A stretch of 63,891 nucleotides of DNA, filler included, from Asterionella formosa (lineage: Eukaryota), in the NCBI GenBank assembly GCA_002256025.1. It is 5 parts of 5 records of this genome, joined end to end, with 100 filler letters (N's around TTAATTAATTAA, not from the genome) between each part and the next. Parts side by side here need not be neighbours in the genome. Positions count along the whole stretch, not along the records: positions 52,193 to 63,891 come from NKIB01008018.1; 4 more parts are not named here. One strand, written 5' to 3'. The notes under the pieces are model-generated. The model was given only the letters and a program-made list of their open reading frames with translations, searched no databases and had not been told where the DNA came from. This document shows positions 52,093 to 63,852 of the stretch, piece by piece. A program made the position numbers and the translations under genes. Position 1 is the first letter of the stretch, and each line of letters opens with the position of its first letter.

Positions 52093-52192
52093 NNNNNNNN
52101 NNNNNNNNNNNNNNNNNNNNNNNNNNNNNNNNNNNNTTAATTAATTAANNNNNNNNNNNNNNNNNNNNNNNNNNNNNNNNNNNNNNNNNNNN
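52093..52192. other. Artificial contig linker
   Basis: N44-TTAATTAATTAA-N44. Confidence 0.98.
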
Positions 52193-52231
52193 AGCAGGGG
52201 CAACACAGAGGGCGGCAACAGCGAGCTTCAT
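52193..52231 (-). CDS. 5' end of a signal-peptide gene (MKLAVAALCVAPA...), possibly a multicopy plastid-targeted gene such as Lhc/FCP
   Basis: ATG at 52231; 38/39 nt identical to 63853-63891; runs off the contig. Confidence 0.6.
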
Positions 52232-52665
52232 GTTGATAATATGTTTATTTGTTGGGAATATTATGATGAGTTGTAGCAGGTACCGGTACTGTTGCCCGAA
52301 CGAATCATTCCCTCTGAACCTATATAACTTTGCCCAGAAAGCAACGAGAAAAAGTAGGCCGCGGACGTCGTTCAAATGTTGTGTACATCCATGTAGTATA
52401 TACCGTGAGGGACGGCATAAATAAAATCAAGTACGCACACAGTAGTGTTCGCCATCACGCCATCACCGTTTCAGTTGCCATAACGCGTACCGCCAACAGA
52501 CGTCGGAGGGAATTCACGGCTATAAGATCGTTGAACACGTAAGTGTAACTTTACTGTAGATTCGGTACCAGAGCTGTCGTAGGCTAGGGACAACGAGCCA
52601 ACCAAGGGACACGCATGCAATCCCTTCAACTCCAGTAACTTGCCTCAAACAAGTGCGCATCGACC

Positions 52666-54601
52666 ATGAAGTTCGCCCTCGCTGCTGCCACTTTCCTTTT
52701 GGGATGCGATGCATTCAGCCCGCGGGCCGCCTTCAAACCAGTCACTAAACTGTCCAGCATCGCTGACGAATTCGGAATTCCATGCGACGAGGATTGCGCA
52801 CTCGTAAGCTACCCCAATCTTCCTTCCAGTGTGCACCCAGGTGTCGTCAGCGGACAGGCTTTGATTGATTTGCTCAATCACGCGAAGGACAACGGTAAGC
52901 CTAGTCGCAATTAGTGTGGTAGGCCTTTGGCTGGTGCAAGATTCATTAGAAAGGTCTGCCTATGGCATGATCGAAGTGGTTAACATTCAGAGAGAAAAAC
53001 TGCTTCCATGCTATTTTACTTGCTTGCTAGCCGCACCCTGCAGCACTTTTCCCATGATCTCAGGATGAAGATGTTCAGCAGGCACATGTGAATGCTTGCA
53101 TTTTACAATTAAATTCATTGGAATCCGATCACTTTGCTGCTTTTCCACTCTGGTTGGCGTTTTGCAGGTAGACATTGCTTGACATGCTAATTGATGACGT
53201 GAGCATTTTGTGATTCTTATTGCATGTCTCTGCGTGACGTTCAATTTTCTAGTTTCGTTTGAACCTCGCCTACTGACTGGCATTTGCAATGTCGCGTTAA
53301 ACCGTAACCATGTTTCATGGCAAACGCGTTGCTAACACACACGTCCCTCTACCTTACAGGTTACGCTATCCCAGCGGTCAACTGCGTGTCGTCTTCTGGT
53401 ATCAATGCTTGCCTTGAAGCAGCACGAAAGAACGATGCACCAATCATCATTCAATTCTCGGCTGGGGGATCTCAGGTACGCAATCGACAGAGGCCCGCTG
53501 CTGCCCTTGGCATTACACCGATTACTGCTCGCACACTTGCTCACGCTTTTGCCTTGATATCGTGTAGTTCTATGGAGGAAAGGCCCTTAACAACAAAAAC
53601 TACGCAGCTGCAATTGCGGGAGCTGTTTCCGGAGCGTTCCATGTCAGAACAATGGCTGAGCAATACGGAATTCCAGTCATTCTTCACACCGATCATTGCG
53701 CTAAGAAGCTTCTTCCATGGATCGACGGTTTGTTGTCGGCTTCGGAACGCTATTACCAGGACCATGGAGAGCCACTGTTTTCGTCGCACATGATTGATTT
53801 GTCCGAAGAACCACTTGAGGAAAACCTGGAAATTTGCAAGACCTACCTTGAGCGCATGTGCAAGATTGGTCTCTTGCTCGAAATGGAGCTTGGAATCACG
53901 GGAGGAGAGGAAGACGGAGTTGATAACAGTGACGTCGCTCAGGAGGACTTGTACTCGAAACCGGAGGAGATTTACCAGACTTACCAAGAGTTGAGTGAAG
54001 TGTCTCCCTGGTTTACTGTTGCTGCAGCGTTCGGAAATGTCCACGGTGTGTATAGTCCAGGAAATGTCAAACTTGACCCCAAAATTTTGAACAAAGCCCA
54101 GGAGTATATCTGTGATAAGCTTGGAGATGCTGCCCCTGCAAACAAATTGCCAGTTTCCTTTGTCTTCCACGGAGGAAGTGGTTCTGAAGTCAGTGATATC
54201 AGAGAGGCTATCGGATATGGAGTTATCAAGATGAACATTGACACTGATACTCAATGGAGCTACTGGGAGGGTATCAAGCTTTTCGAAGAAAAGTACCATG
54301 ACTACCTCCAGGCCCAAATCGGAAACCCAGAAGGACGTACGTATTATCTATGTTGTCTCGTCCCTGTGTCGCATGATACTTACACCTGTGGCTCACCCCC
54401 TCTTTATTTGCTTTTATAGCCGACAAGCCAAACAAGAAATATTACGATCCTCGTGAATGCTTGCGGGCCGCTGAAGTTCGAACCGTCGAGCGCCTTGGTC
54501 AGTCGTTTGCTGATTTGAAGTGCCAAAACATTTTGGGCCTCGGCGAAATGAACGCAGCTACGAATATTCTCGGGCCACGCCGAGGAGGTCTCCCTGTCTA
54601 A
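52666..54601 (+). CDS. FBA: Plastid-targeted class II fructose-bisphosphate aldolase, 4 exons
   Basis: Presequence MKFALAAATFLLGCDAFSP; motifs GYAIPAVN, HTDHC, FSSHMIDLSEE, ELGITGGEEDGVDN, FGNVHGVY, FHGGSG, KMNIDTDTQW, YDPR. Introns at about 52895-53359, 53476-53568 and 54336-54419. Confidence 0.96.
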
Positions 54602-55084
54602 ACTAAAGCTTTTATATCTATTTTCGGTTATCTTTTTCCTACGAGAGAATAAATTACATAAAACTGAGTATATTGACGGGAAATTGAAAATTAAGTTATG
54701 AACGAAACGATTGTCAGTACCTAAAATGAACTAGATTATGATTGCATACCACAAGAGATTGATAATTTCTATAATGCGTTATATTTGTTACTGGAAGTGA
54801 AGTTCGGACAATGAATCGTAGCACCAGACTGAATACCTGATTTTGGCGCTGTACTTCTAAGAGTCCTCGTGATGCAGTGCAAAAGATCATTTTCAGTCTC
54901 TACATAGAAAAGAATGTTATAAGCATTTTAAAACTATCAAACTAAGCGAAAGTATTGATGGTCAAGAATTGCTCTCTGGTGGCGATGCCTTCAACACCAA
55001 GAATTACATATTAAAATATACATATATATATATACTTTTTTGTGCGAGCCGCTGAGCTTCACCAATGACATATAAATAGCAAAA

Positions 55085-56695
55085 CTATACATGCACTTCT
55101 TCGCCTACCGCTTGTTGAACTACCGTGACCTCACCTTCTTCATCAAAATACAAACTAAGATCAAGGTCACTGCGAGCGATTTGCGACTTTATAAATGGCA
55201 TGTACCCAGTGGCAAATAAAGCGACTAATGAAGCCCCCAGAGTTGCAGAACATGCTCTTGGTTCGTCCGAGAGGGAAACAAGGATCAACGTTGTGGCAAG
55301 AGTAGTCCGGGTAATAGCAACATTCAGGGAAGCAGCCATACATAGTGTGGTAAGTTGAACTGGTATGCCGGGTAGGACGAACGAAATGGCTCTTCCAAAT
55401 GCAGCACCAGCTGAAAACAATGGAAAAATGAAACCTCCTCGGTAGCCTCCACAAACAGAGAAGGTAACAGCCACAAGTTTGGCCACTCCCACGAGTAGGC
55501 ATTTGAATCCCGAGTCCATTTCAAAGTGAAACAATCCACTGGTGGGCCAAACATGAGGCAGAGTCGAGGCTGGACTGAGCGAGGCAATGGTTTGGAACTC
55601 AACTTCACCCCAAAACAATGTATGGGGGATACACACGCCAATCAAGACAATGGCAGATCCACCGACAAGACCCCGATATACTGCTCTCTCATCTCGAAGG
55701 AGATCCATATACTTGAAGAACTCCATGACTTGATAGTGCATCGCAGCAAAAAGGTAGGCAACAATGGCCCCAACGAGTCCAAGCATACCACCAAGTAGAA
55801 TATCAGTTGCTTGTGCGTGCATCAATTTGTTTGCTGTTATGATCCATATGGAATCAATGGGCATTCGCGCTAGTCCACGAAAGACTGCCAGAGTGACTTC
55901 TCCACAAAGGATCGCTTCTACGGCATGCTCAAAATATTCGACACCGAAGCGACTGTTGACTTCGAGAGCGAAGAGACTACCCCCAAGTGGACATCCAAAA
56001 AATGCTGCCAGCGCTCCTGCCATCCCCATCAATGTGTGCTTTCGCACAATGTTGCGGTTCCTGTTCTTGAAGACGCTTTTCGAGACCAGACCACCCAGTG
56101 CTGCACAAATCGCAATCAACGGTGCTTCAGGACCAAGGGAGGCACCGCCAAGGATACTAAATTGCGATGCCACCACCATTGGAAGAACATGGTTCATTGC
56201 AATATATCCCTTTTCATGCACGCATTTGATGGTGTAGGGCAAATCTCCAGGATCTCCGAGGTATACAACTGATAGGCCGAGCAAAACAGCCATGGGAAGG
56301 CAGATGCAAGGAATCCATAAAACGTAGGACCACTCTGGCCAGACGTTGACGACTATTCGCTCAGGAAGTTCATGCCAAAGTAACGCAAGAAGCCAACCAT
56401 TGATTGCATAATAAACAAATGCACAGACACCACAAATAACTCCAATGCATAGAGCATGCACTATACTGTGAGGTAACGTCCCCGGATTAAATTTTCTGGC
56501 ATCATCTATGAATGATGACTGTGTACGAACCAAAATCGATCGAGACTGAGATGTTAACGACTTCGATGGAGATGGATTAGGATCGACGAGTTGAATCGAC
56601 GCTTCGTCCTTGAAAAGTACCTTTGGATGCAATGACCCATACGATGCCGATGCGATCACGAGATGTTCTTGTTCTGGCAGTGGTGATGGCGCCAT
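55085..56695 (-). CDS. CLC-family chloride channel/transporter without CBS domains
   Basis: GASLGPEAP, GMAGALAAFFGCPLGG.LFALE and GYRGGFIFPLF; multiple TM helices; 536 aa. Confidence 0.92.
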   Translation of the reverse strand: MAPSPLPEQEHLVIASASYGSLHPKVLFKDEASIQLVDPNPSPSKSLTSQSRSILVRTQSSFIDDARKFNPGTLPHSIVHALCIGVICGVCAFVYYAINGWLLALLWHELPERIVVNVWPEWSYVLWIPCICLPMAVLLGLSVVYLGDPGDLPYTIKCVHEKGYIAMNHVLPMVVASQFSILGGASLGPEAPLIAICAALGGLVSKSVFKNRNRNIVRKHTLMGMAGALAAFFGCPLGGSLFALEVNSRFGVEYFEHAVEAILCGEVTLAVFRGLARMPIDSIWIITANKLMHAQATDILLGGMLGLVGAIVAYLFAAMHYQVMEFFKYMDLLRDERAVYRGLVGGSAIVLIGVCIPHTLFWGEVEFQTIASLSPASTLPHVWPTSGLFHFEMDSGFKCLLVGVAKLVAVTFSVCGGYRGGFIFPLFSAGAAFGRAISFVLPGIPVQLTTLCMAASLNVAITRTTLATTLILVSLSDEPRACSATLGASLVALFATGYMPFIKSQIARSDLDLSLYFDEEGEVTVVQQAVGEEVHV

Positions 56696-57949
56696 GAGTT
56701 ACGACGAGCATCAGCGACGTTGCTTGTTGAACCTTCAACAGAAAGGTGTAAGCAACAAGTTTGTGAGCAAGGGAAGAACATTTGAAAAAATGGACAATTG
56801 AAGGAAAGTCCGCCACATTATTATTTGATGCTGATGTTTTGATGTTTGGCATCCGATGTTCCAGCATCTGTACCGGCACCCCCTGGTACTGGTATACCTT
56901 TTGACACATCATTCGTCATTCATTCCTCTAAATATGATACCGGGTACACCGCCATCAAATCTTCCTTGTACTATAGCTACCAGAGGTACCAGGTAGTCGG
57001 GTGCTTACCGGTATACATATTCAACGAAGTCGGAACGAGAAGGACAAAAGTATTGGAAGCATCAATCAAATCGAGGCAAACTTCTCGGTGGAAATCGGAA
57101 GCAGTGGAACCCCCATTTACTTAACAAGCAATGATTTTATACACATAAATGAGTATGAATATATATATAACATTTGCGATTCTTTTTCATTTATGTATGT
57201 ATGGGTATTAAAACTGGTACATGCAACGGAAAATGCTATAAGATAAATTGAATCTAGGATACAGGTACCAGGTACCTGGTACCAGGGTACCTGGTAACAG
57301 GACATGACATCTGTCTAATAAAAATAAAGCAAGATACACCGGGTAGTATAGCCCAGCTGTCATCATTAATGCAGATACCACCATCCCTCATATTATGATG
57401 CATCCTCATCCAGGCCAGTCCACTTCTTATTAACATCTACCCTATAGGCAACAAGAATTTAAGAGTTCCTAGTAGCACCAGAAAAGGAGTCAACTGTCTA
57501 TTTCATTGCTTCCAGCAACCATATCTTCATTTGAGGTTCTATAATGCATAATCAAGAATCATTTGATGCTTGCCCTTTAACTGAAAAATCCCTCATTGTA
57601 TGCTTGGTAAGAGTAAGTGGTACCCAAAAATGGGAGTCAGCATGCATCTGAAATGGCTTCAAAGACTGGTGCTATCTTTATTAATTGTTGACTTGCAAAA
57701 GCCATCTTGTATATTGTGTGCAAGAAGAAAGAATACATCATTGCCAACTCCTTGCTAATTGAAGGGCTTCATGAAATCACTGACTTGTAGGTACATGATA
57801 CAAAAAAATCAAAAACAGTTCATCAAGTTGTGGAAAATAATGATATCCTCATGCATTTTATATATTTGAATTATTTATAACCTTAATTGATGATAGTATA
57901 CAGTCACATGATGTGCAATGTAAAGTGTGTCTTTGAACTATGGAAGTGC

Positions 57950-58495
57950 TCAACTGTATATTTATTCATATATTACAATTGTTGATCAATGCATACATGA
58001 CTAATACATTTGAAATCATATTTAAAGGTTCCTTGTCATGCATACAGGTAACACATCCTGAAATGAGAGATCACATCAGCAACAGGACTAGTAAAAGTGA
58101 AGTGTTGATACAACACAAGGATATGACACCTTGCAGCTTAGAAGATTGAAAATGGAAAAGTGAACTGAATCTAGTTATAGAATAATAAGAAAAAAGAGAC
58201 AAAGAAAAAAGTGAGGCACTATGAAAATTCCTGTAGGATAGGGTGTGTCAAGCACATACATTGGGATCATGTGGTATGTTGAGCATCAACAGGGGAGGGT
58301 GTCAGAATGTGTCTGTTAGGTTGTTGATGTCAACAGGTGTCCAAAAACCAGATTTAGTCTGAGGAATGTCAGAATGGAAAAGACAGTATTTATATAGCAG
58401 AATAACATGCCAATGAGCAGTGCAAGAAAGATCTTGACTGGTCATTCCAGGGCAGTATTGGAGTGTGCTAGGAAGAAGTGCCATAAATTTCAACA
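57950..58495 (+). mobile_element. Degenerate Copia-like 3' end: RNase H remnant, PPT and 3' LTR
   Basis: PPT AGGGGAGGG (58291-58299) is followed by TGTCAG...CAACA (58300-58495). Upstream decayed H.SNRT and KIENGKV segments are weak support. Confidence 0.6.
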
Positions 58496-58504
58496 GGCAT
58501 CAGC

Positions 58505-59512
58505 CTATAGCTTACTTCTAAAGTTTGGAGCTCTCTTTTCTATAAATGCATCTCGACCCTCCTGAGACTCTTTGGACATGTAGAAAAGCCTAGTCAGTTC
58601 ACCTCCCATTTGAGCAATGCCAGCAGCTCCATCTTCATCTGCATTCAAAGCTGCTTTGCAACAGGCAATTGCTGTGGGTGAGTTCATAATGATTCGTCGA
58701 ACCCACTGAGCAACATGTCCATCAAGCTGCGAGGCAGGATACCACGCATTTATCAAGCCCATCTCACTTGCTTCTTGTGCTGTGTAGTATCGGCAAAGGA
58801 ACCACATTTCCCTGGCTCGCTTTTGCCCAATCAATCTTGCCATGTGCGTTGATCCGTATCCTGCATCAAAGGATCCCATACGCGGTCCTGTTTGTCCAAA
58901 TATGGCATCGTCCGAAGCGAGCGTAATATCAGCAATCATGTGCAAAATGTGCCCTCCACCTACAGCGTATCCTCGAACAACAGCAATAATTGGCTTGGGG
59001 CATCGTCTCATTTGAACTTGTAAATCAAGAACCCGTAGCTTGGGAGCAGCTTCTGTCCCATCTTGATAGCCCCCATCGTTGTCTCGTACTCGTTGATCAC
59101 CTCCAGCGCAAAAAGCTGGTGTGTAATCTTTGGAAAGGTTACTTGTCAAGACGATAACGCCCACCCGAACATCTTCGGTCGCAAGGTCCACTGCCTGTTG
59201 AATCTCACGTATTGTTTGTGGTCGAAAGGCATGTAGTACTTCGGGTCTATTGAATGCAATCCGAGCACACATGTCTTGTGTTGATACCTCGTAGGTAATA
59301 TCTACAAATGCGCCATGGTGAGGTGCTGCTGTCCCTGTCTCATCGACAGGATCAAATCGGATAGGTGCTTTGGAAATTAATGAAAATCCATCGCGATCTT
59401 TCGTTGGAGGAGCAGTTTTGGATGGATTCCTCGCTGCACTCATGGAGGCGACATTTTGGGATTGGGGACTGCTGCTGGCACTCATGGTGGTGGTTGCCGA
59501 AAAGGCAATCAT
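58505..59512 (-). CDS. menB: 1,4-dihydroxy-2-naphthoyl-CoA synthase with a C-terminal PTS1 (SKL)
   Basis: Motifs NRPEVLHAFRPQT, AFCAGGDQRVR, GYAVGGGHILH, FGQTGPRMGSFDAGYGS, GQKRAREMWF and EGRDAF; ends RSKL*. Confidence 0.96.
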   Translation of the reverse strand: MIAFSATTTMSASSSPQSQNVASMSAARNPSKTAPPTKDRDGFSLISKAPIRFDPVDETGTAAPHHGAFVDITYEVSTQDMCARIAFNRPEVLHAFRPQTIREIQQAVDLATEDVRVGVIVLTSNLSKDYTPAFCAGGDQRVRDNDGGYQDGTEAAPKLRVLDLQVQMRRCPKPIIAVVRGYAVGGGHILHMIADITLASDDAIFGQTGPRMGSFDAGYGSTHMARLIGQKRAREMWFLCRYYTAQEASEMGLINAWYPASQLDGHVAQWVRRIIMNSPTAIACCKAALNADEDGAAGIAQMGGELTRLFYMSKESQEGRDAFIEKRAPNFRSKL

Positions 59513-60009
59513 GACAATGAGAAATGGGGGCTTGGCTGTGGCAATGGTGACATGATTGCGTGGCTAGACTAAGATGCCGGCCGGTATGCATACAAGCAAA
59601 AACAAGCATGAATTGCGACAGACCCCCACTTCATTTAACGCTGAGAGAGCTCGGACTTTTCTGCCCATTATCGACTCTTCCGACTACATTTACCTCTTAC
59701 CTGTTTCTGCAATTTATTTTCAAGGTTTTCGTCTCGACACGCAAACTTTGTTTTCCGGAAGGTACGACCATGGTGGCGCAAGAATGAATCTGCGACGTGC
59801 AAACTTATTGAAACTGCGTACACAATTGTATTGTTATAGAGCCAGTTCCATCGGCACGATGAATGGACTGATAAATGCCATTGTAACGACTTCGGATGTT
59901 TCAGTCGAACGAGTCCGGCACATGGGCCGCCTTCCTTAGAAGACACTGATTTGAAGCACTCCTCTCACCATTCGCTGCTTTCCCTTCATTCACAGACTAA
60001 TTTTCTAAC

Positions 60010-60606
60010 ATGGTGAAGCACAATAACGTCGTCCCGAACATCCATTGCCACAAGAAATGGCTCCAGTCGTCTCGTGGCCCGTTGAAGGTCCGCATCAACT
60101 TGAACCAGGCCTCCCGTAAGAAGTCCCGTCGCCTGACTCGTGCCGCCAAAGCCGCCGCTATGGCTCCTCGCCCGCTCAACAAGCTGCGCCCTGTTATCCA
60201 CTGCCCAACACAAAAGTACAGCGCCAAGATTCGCTTGGGACGTGGATTTACTCTCGAGGAGCTAAAGGCTGCTGGCTTCAACCCAAAGTATGCCCAGACT
60301 GTCGGTATCGCCGTTGACGCACGCAGAACCAACCGCTCGAATGAATCTCTTGAGACTAATGTTGCGCGTTTGGAAGAGTACAAGAAGAATTTGGTGGTTT
60401 GGACCAAGAAATCCCAACCTGCCGAGACTCCGGCCCAACTCACTGGAACCATTCAGCCTATTGTCAAGCCTGTTCAGGCTCTTGTTGTTGAGGAAGTCAC
60501 CGCTGACATGAAGAGCTTCAAGGCTTTCACTGCCATGCGTCTTGCAAGACAGGAAACCAAGGTTGCTGGATACCGCAAGTCCGTGGAAAACAGAAAGAAG
60601 GAGTAA
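60010..60606 (+). CDS. RPL13: 60S ribosomal protein L13 (eL13)
   Basis: MVKHNNVVPNIHCHKKW...RLGRGFTLEELKAAG...GIAVDARRTNRSNESL. Confidence 0.97.
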   Translation: MVKHNNVVPNIHCHKKWLQSSRGPLKVRINLNQASRKKSRRLTRAAKAAAMAPRPLNKLRPVIHCPTQKYSAKIRLGRGFTLEELKAAGFNPKYAQTVGIAVDARRTNRSNESLETNVARLEEYKKNLVVWTKKSQPAETPAQLTGTIQPIVKPVQALVVEEVTADMKSFKAFTAMRLARQETKVAGYRKSVENRKKE

Positions 60607-62080
60607 ACGTATAGTACAAGAGAATGAAACCTTTTTTGTAGTACAGTCAGTACATTTGTTGATTTCATAGCGCTCGCAAAGATCACTGATTCGTAACGAT
60701 TCTAAGCATACAATGTTTTCAACACCCAATTTGCTATTTTACCATCATGATTACATGACAGGCTGCTACAACTGCTGACACTGTGTAGGAGGGAGATGCA
60801 ATGCAAAAAAAAGAGTCCATAACGAGGATGTAGGGGCAATGAAAAATTAAAGTATAGACCCACTGCATAGGATCAATGAAATACCTTGGCTTCACAAGTG
60901 GTACAACCAAACTGAAAACATATTTACTAGAAAAGGAGGCAAAGAAAGGAGTCTTAATCGCCCTACATAGCAGCGGCATTTACATGAGTGCAGCACTAGA
61001 AGTTGTTCAAGAGCCTGGGGAACATTTCAGAGTTCAACTCCAAATGAAGCCGATCCAATAGAACCCAATCAATTCCATTAGGGAGGTTCCTAGATTTCGT
61101 AGTAGTGAGTATTCGCTGGTAAAATATGCAGCTCCCTTGTCGATTCCAGCTGGATTTGCGGAGAGAAGAAATTGCTTTTGTTGTTTGTTCATTGCATCTT
61201 AATCAAAATCAAATGCTATGAGCACAATGGATATATTCTCCTCCACCGACCGATTGCCATCCAAATGCGATATTGACAAGATGTTTAGTGTGCACTACCA
61301 GGCAACATGTTCGTCGGGTATTCAAAGAGACAACGTCAGCGGGTTGTAGTTATCAGGTTATGTCAGAATGATTGGCAACTCGATCAGATCCCAAGCAATA
61401 ACAACGCCGGAGGAGCACGCTCCCCGTTTCTCACAGTGACGATACAGTCTTGATGATAAGTGCAGTACGTCGAGTGTGCCTTCTATGATAAATAAGTAAC
61501 CCGATCTGGCTGCAAGATGGTTGGATCATTTAAAAACACTTTAATTTGCTACCGGTAGTCGTACAAGCGGCGAAGGTAGCCGCGAGGCGCCATGCAGCGC
61601 CATTATGAAATCAGTCATCACGCTCACGAATATATAGTATAGGAACTCAACCAAGTTCCTCAATGCTTCTCTTGGATTTAATATTCCCAATCCCATCAAG
61701 GAGAACAAAAACATGGCATTGCGCCGACAAATGCAGCGAGGAGATTGAGAAACTTTGCTTCATCATTTTGGGCTTTCTAGCTTCGAATGAGAATCCGGCT
61801 CATGAATCGAGGCGCAAGTGATTATGGCTTCTAGTTGAGACAAGGAAATATGGTCATTCTCATATGCATTAGAGAGGACGCCGAATTAGCCTTTCCAACC
61901 GGCGACTGGACTCTTCTAATTCCTGGTCATATAGCAATTTTAACTAAGGGTCTACATGTGTAGCGTTCTTTATGATTTGTAGACTACTAACCAAAGACTA
62001 CGTAACGGCTCGAGATCTGGAAACAGAGAATTTATATAGGCGATCTCATGTCTACCGGTATTCCCCAGCGGTCAAGATGT

Positions 62081-62516
62081 CTATTTTCCGGCATCACGCT
62101 GCTTGAGGTATTCCTCGAAGGAAGGGGCAGCGGAGATGGACTTGCGAGGATCTTCATCTACGAAAGGCTCAGGGTCACGAGTGTCGAACATACCTCCACT
62201 TCCCTTCTTTGGTTCCTCACCAGGGGTGTTGTAGACAGCGGTGGAGCGCATGAACGCAGCAGGGGCAGGGGCGAAAGCAGTAGCGCTGGCCACAAGGGCG
62301 GCGAGAACAATCATCTTGGACTGTGAAAAGAAGCGCAACGAGAGTCAAAAAATGGGTGAGATTTTTGACACGAGGGAAGCAATGATCTCAAAACAAACGC
62401 TCCCATCAAATTTTCGAAGCGAACACATCCACCAGCACTCTCCTCAACGCATCCTGCATCAGCTGAGCTTTAACGTTGCCTCCAACTCCGTTGAATTCGA
62501 CACTTACGGCAAACAT
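62081..62516 (-). CDS. Plastid-targeted microprotein (82-aa precursor), 2 exons, function unknown
   Basis: Exon 1 is 62516-62508 (ATG TTT GCC|GTAAGT) and exon 2 is 62320-62081: MFASKMIVLAALVASATAFAPAP...DPRKSISAAPSFEEYLKQRDAGK. It has an ASAFAP-type motif. Confidence 0.85.
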
Positions 62517-63852
62517 TTTAATTAGATTGACTGAATGGAAAAAAGTGAGATTGACACGCACTTCATGCAAATCGACATGCCTACAGCGTTAGAGACGTAC
62601 CAGTGCCTACACGGAGATCTTGAAAAGCCACCCGATCTTTTTCTTTCTTGACCTTTTTACCTGTAAAATCAACCAACAAAATACATATAAGAAAAATTGG
62701 GAGGTGACGTCGGGCCACACTGACGCACTCAGTTCGTATGTATGCATGCAATAAGCAACGGCTGAGGAGAAGCTGCCTCTGCTGCCAAGAGGAGGATGGA
62801 GATACGTACTCCAAGTATTTCTCATGTACCTGGTACCAGGTACCTGGAACTAACGGTACTCGGAGTACAATACCGTACAGTGCTCAGTGCAAACCATACG
62901 CACAAAATAACCCGAAGCCCTTATGTCTCATGACTGTTTACTCCTAGTACCTGGTAGTGGTACCGGTACCGGTGCATACACATAAATGTTCCCTCCCACA
63001 AGTCTCGAAGGAGCTGACGTTGTTCCTTCCGCCACCATGATAGCAATATTGTACCTATCCTTAGATTACACTTGATATCGACTGTACCATGGCACCTTAG
63101 TATGTAAAGCAAGAAATGTGCGCTTGAGAAGAGCTGTGTTAGAAGAAGAACAGAAATCCCATTTGAGGCATGCTAAATTGCGGAGTACTCCAGTATCAAG
63201 ATGCTCTTGCATTGCGGCCATTTAGCTAGCTGGAAAGCAAGCAAACCAGACAAAGATGTCATTGCTACCCAGTTGAATGTTGATGATCGTGTTTTCATAT
63301 GGGCAATCCTAGTTGCGATTTTCCCCATAATTATAGGGGAGCCACAAATGCCTAAGAATATTAACTTGCATACCGGTACTAGGTACTCAGTACCAGGTAG
63401 CATCAAAGCATTAAGTGAACAATAGTCTGTACACACAACCCTTATTTTACAGATATCAGTGTTAAACTAAAACACTCAAATTTCTTGCTGATGTTTTCAG
63501 ACCGACGATTTCAGAGAGTGCTATACAAACCGGTATTTGTATTGCTGCTGCATCCAAAATTATGACATTTGTCAGTGGCCACGAACACGCACTTACGAGA
63601 AATGTGTACCAAGCGCATCGTTTGATTATTTGGGTCTGCCTCGTGGTGCAACAATGACCGAGCGAACGTCGTCGTCCACAGTAGTAGGGTGACGTATGTT
63701 GTTCCATCTCCACACCCGCATTCACACAGGTCCACGATGTTCTACATAAGTATAGATGTACATCTTAGTATGTGCGTACTTTGGTTTCTCTCTCTGTGAT
63801 GCTAGATTACATCTAACAAACGCATTTCCCGTAAGAAAGAAATTTCAACACC

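Noticed and set aside
53541..54317. Long antisense ORFs over FBA, RPL13, psbU, CLC and PP2A
   Set aside because: Shadow ORFs caused by codon bias of the real genes on the opposite strand.
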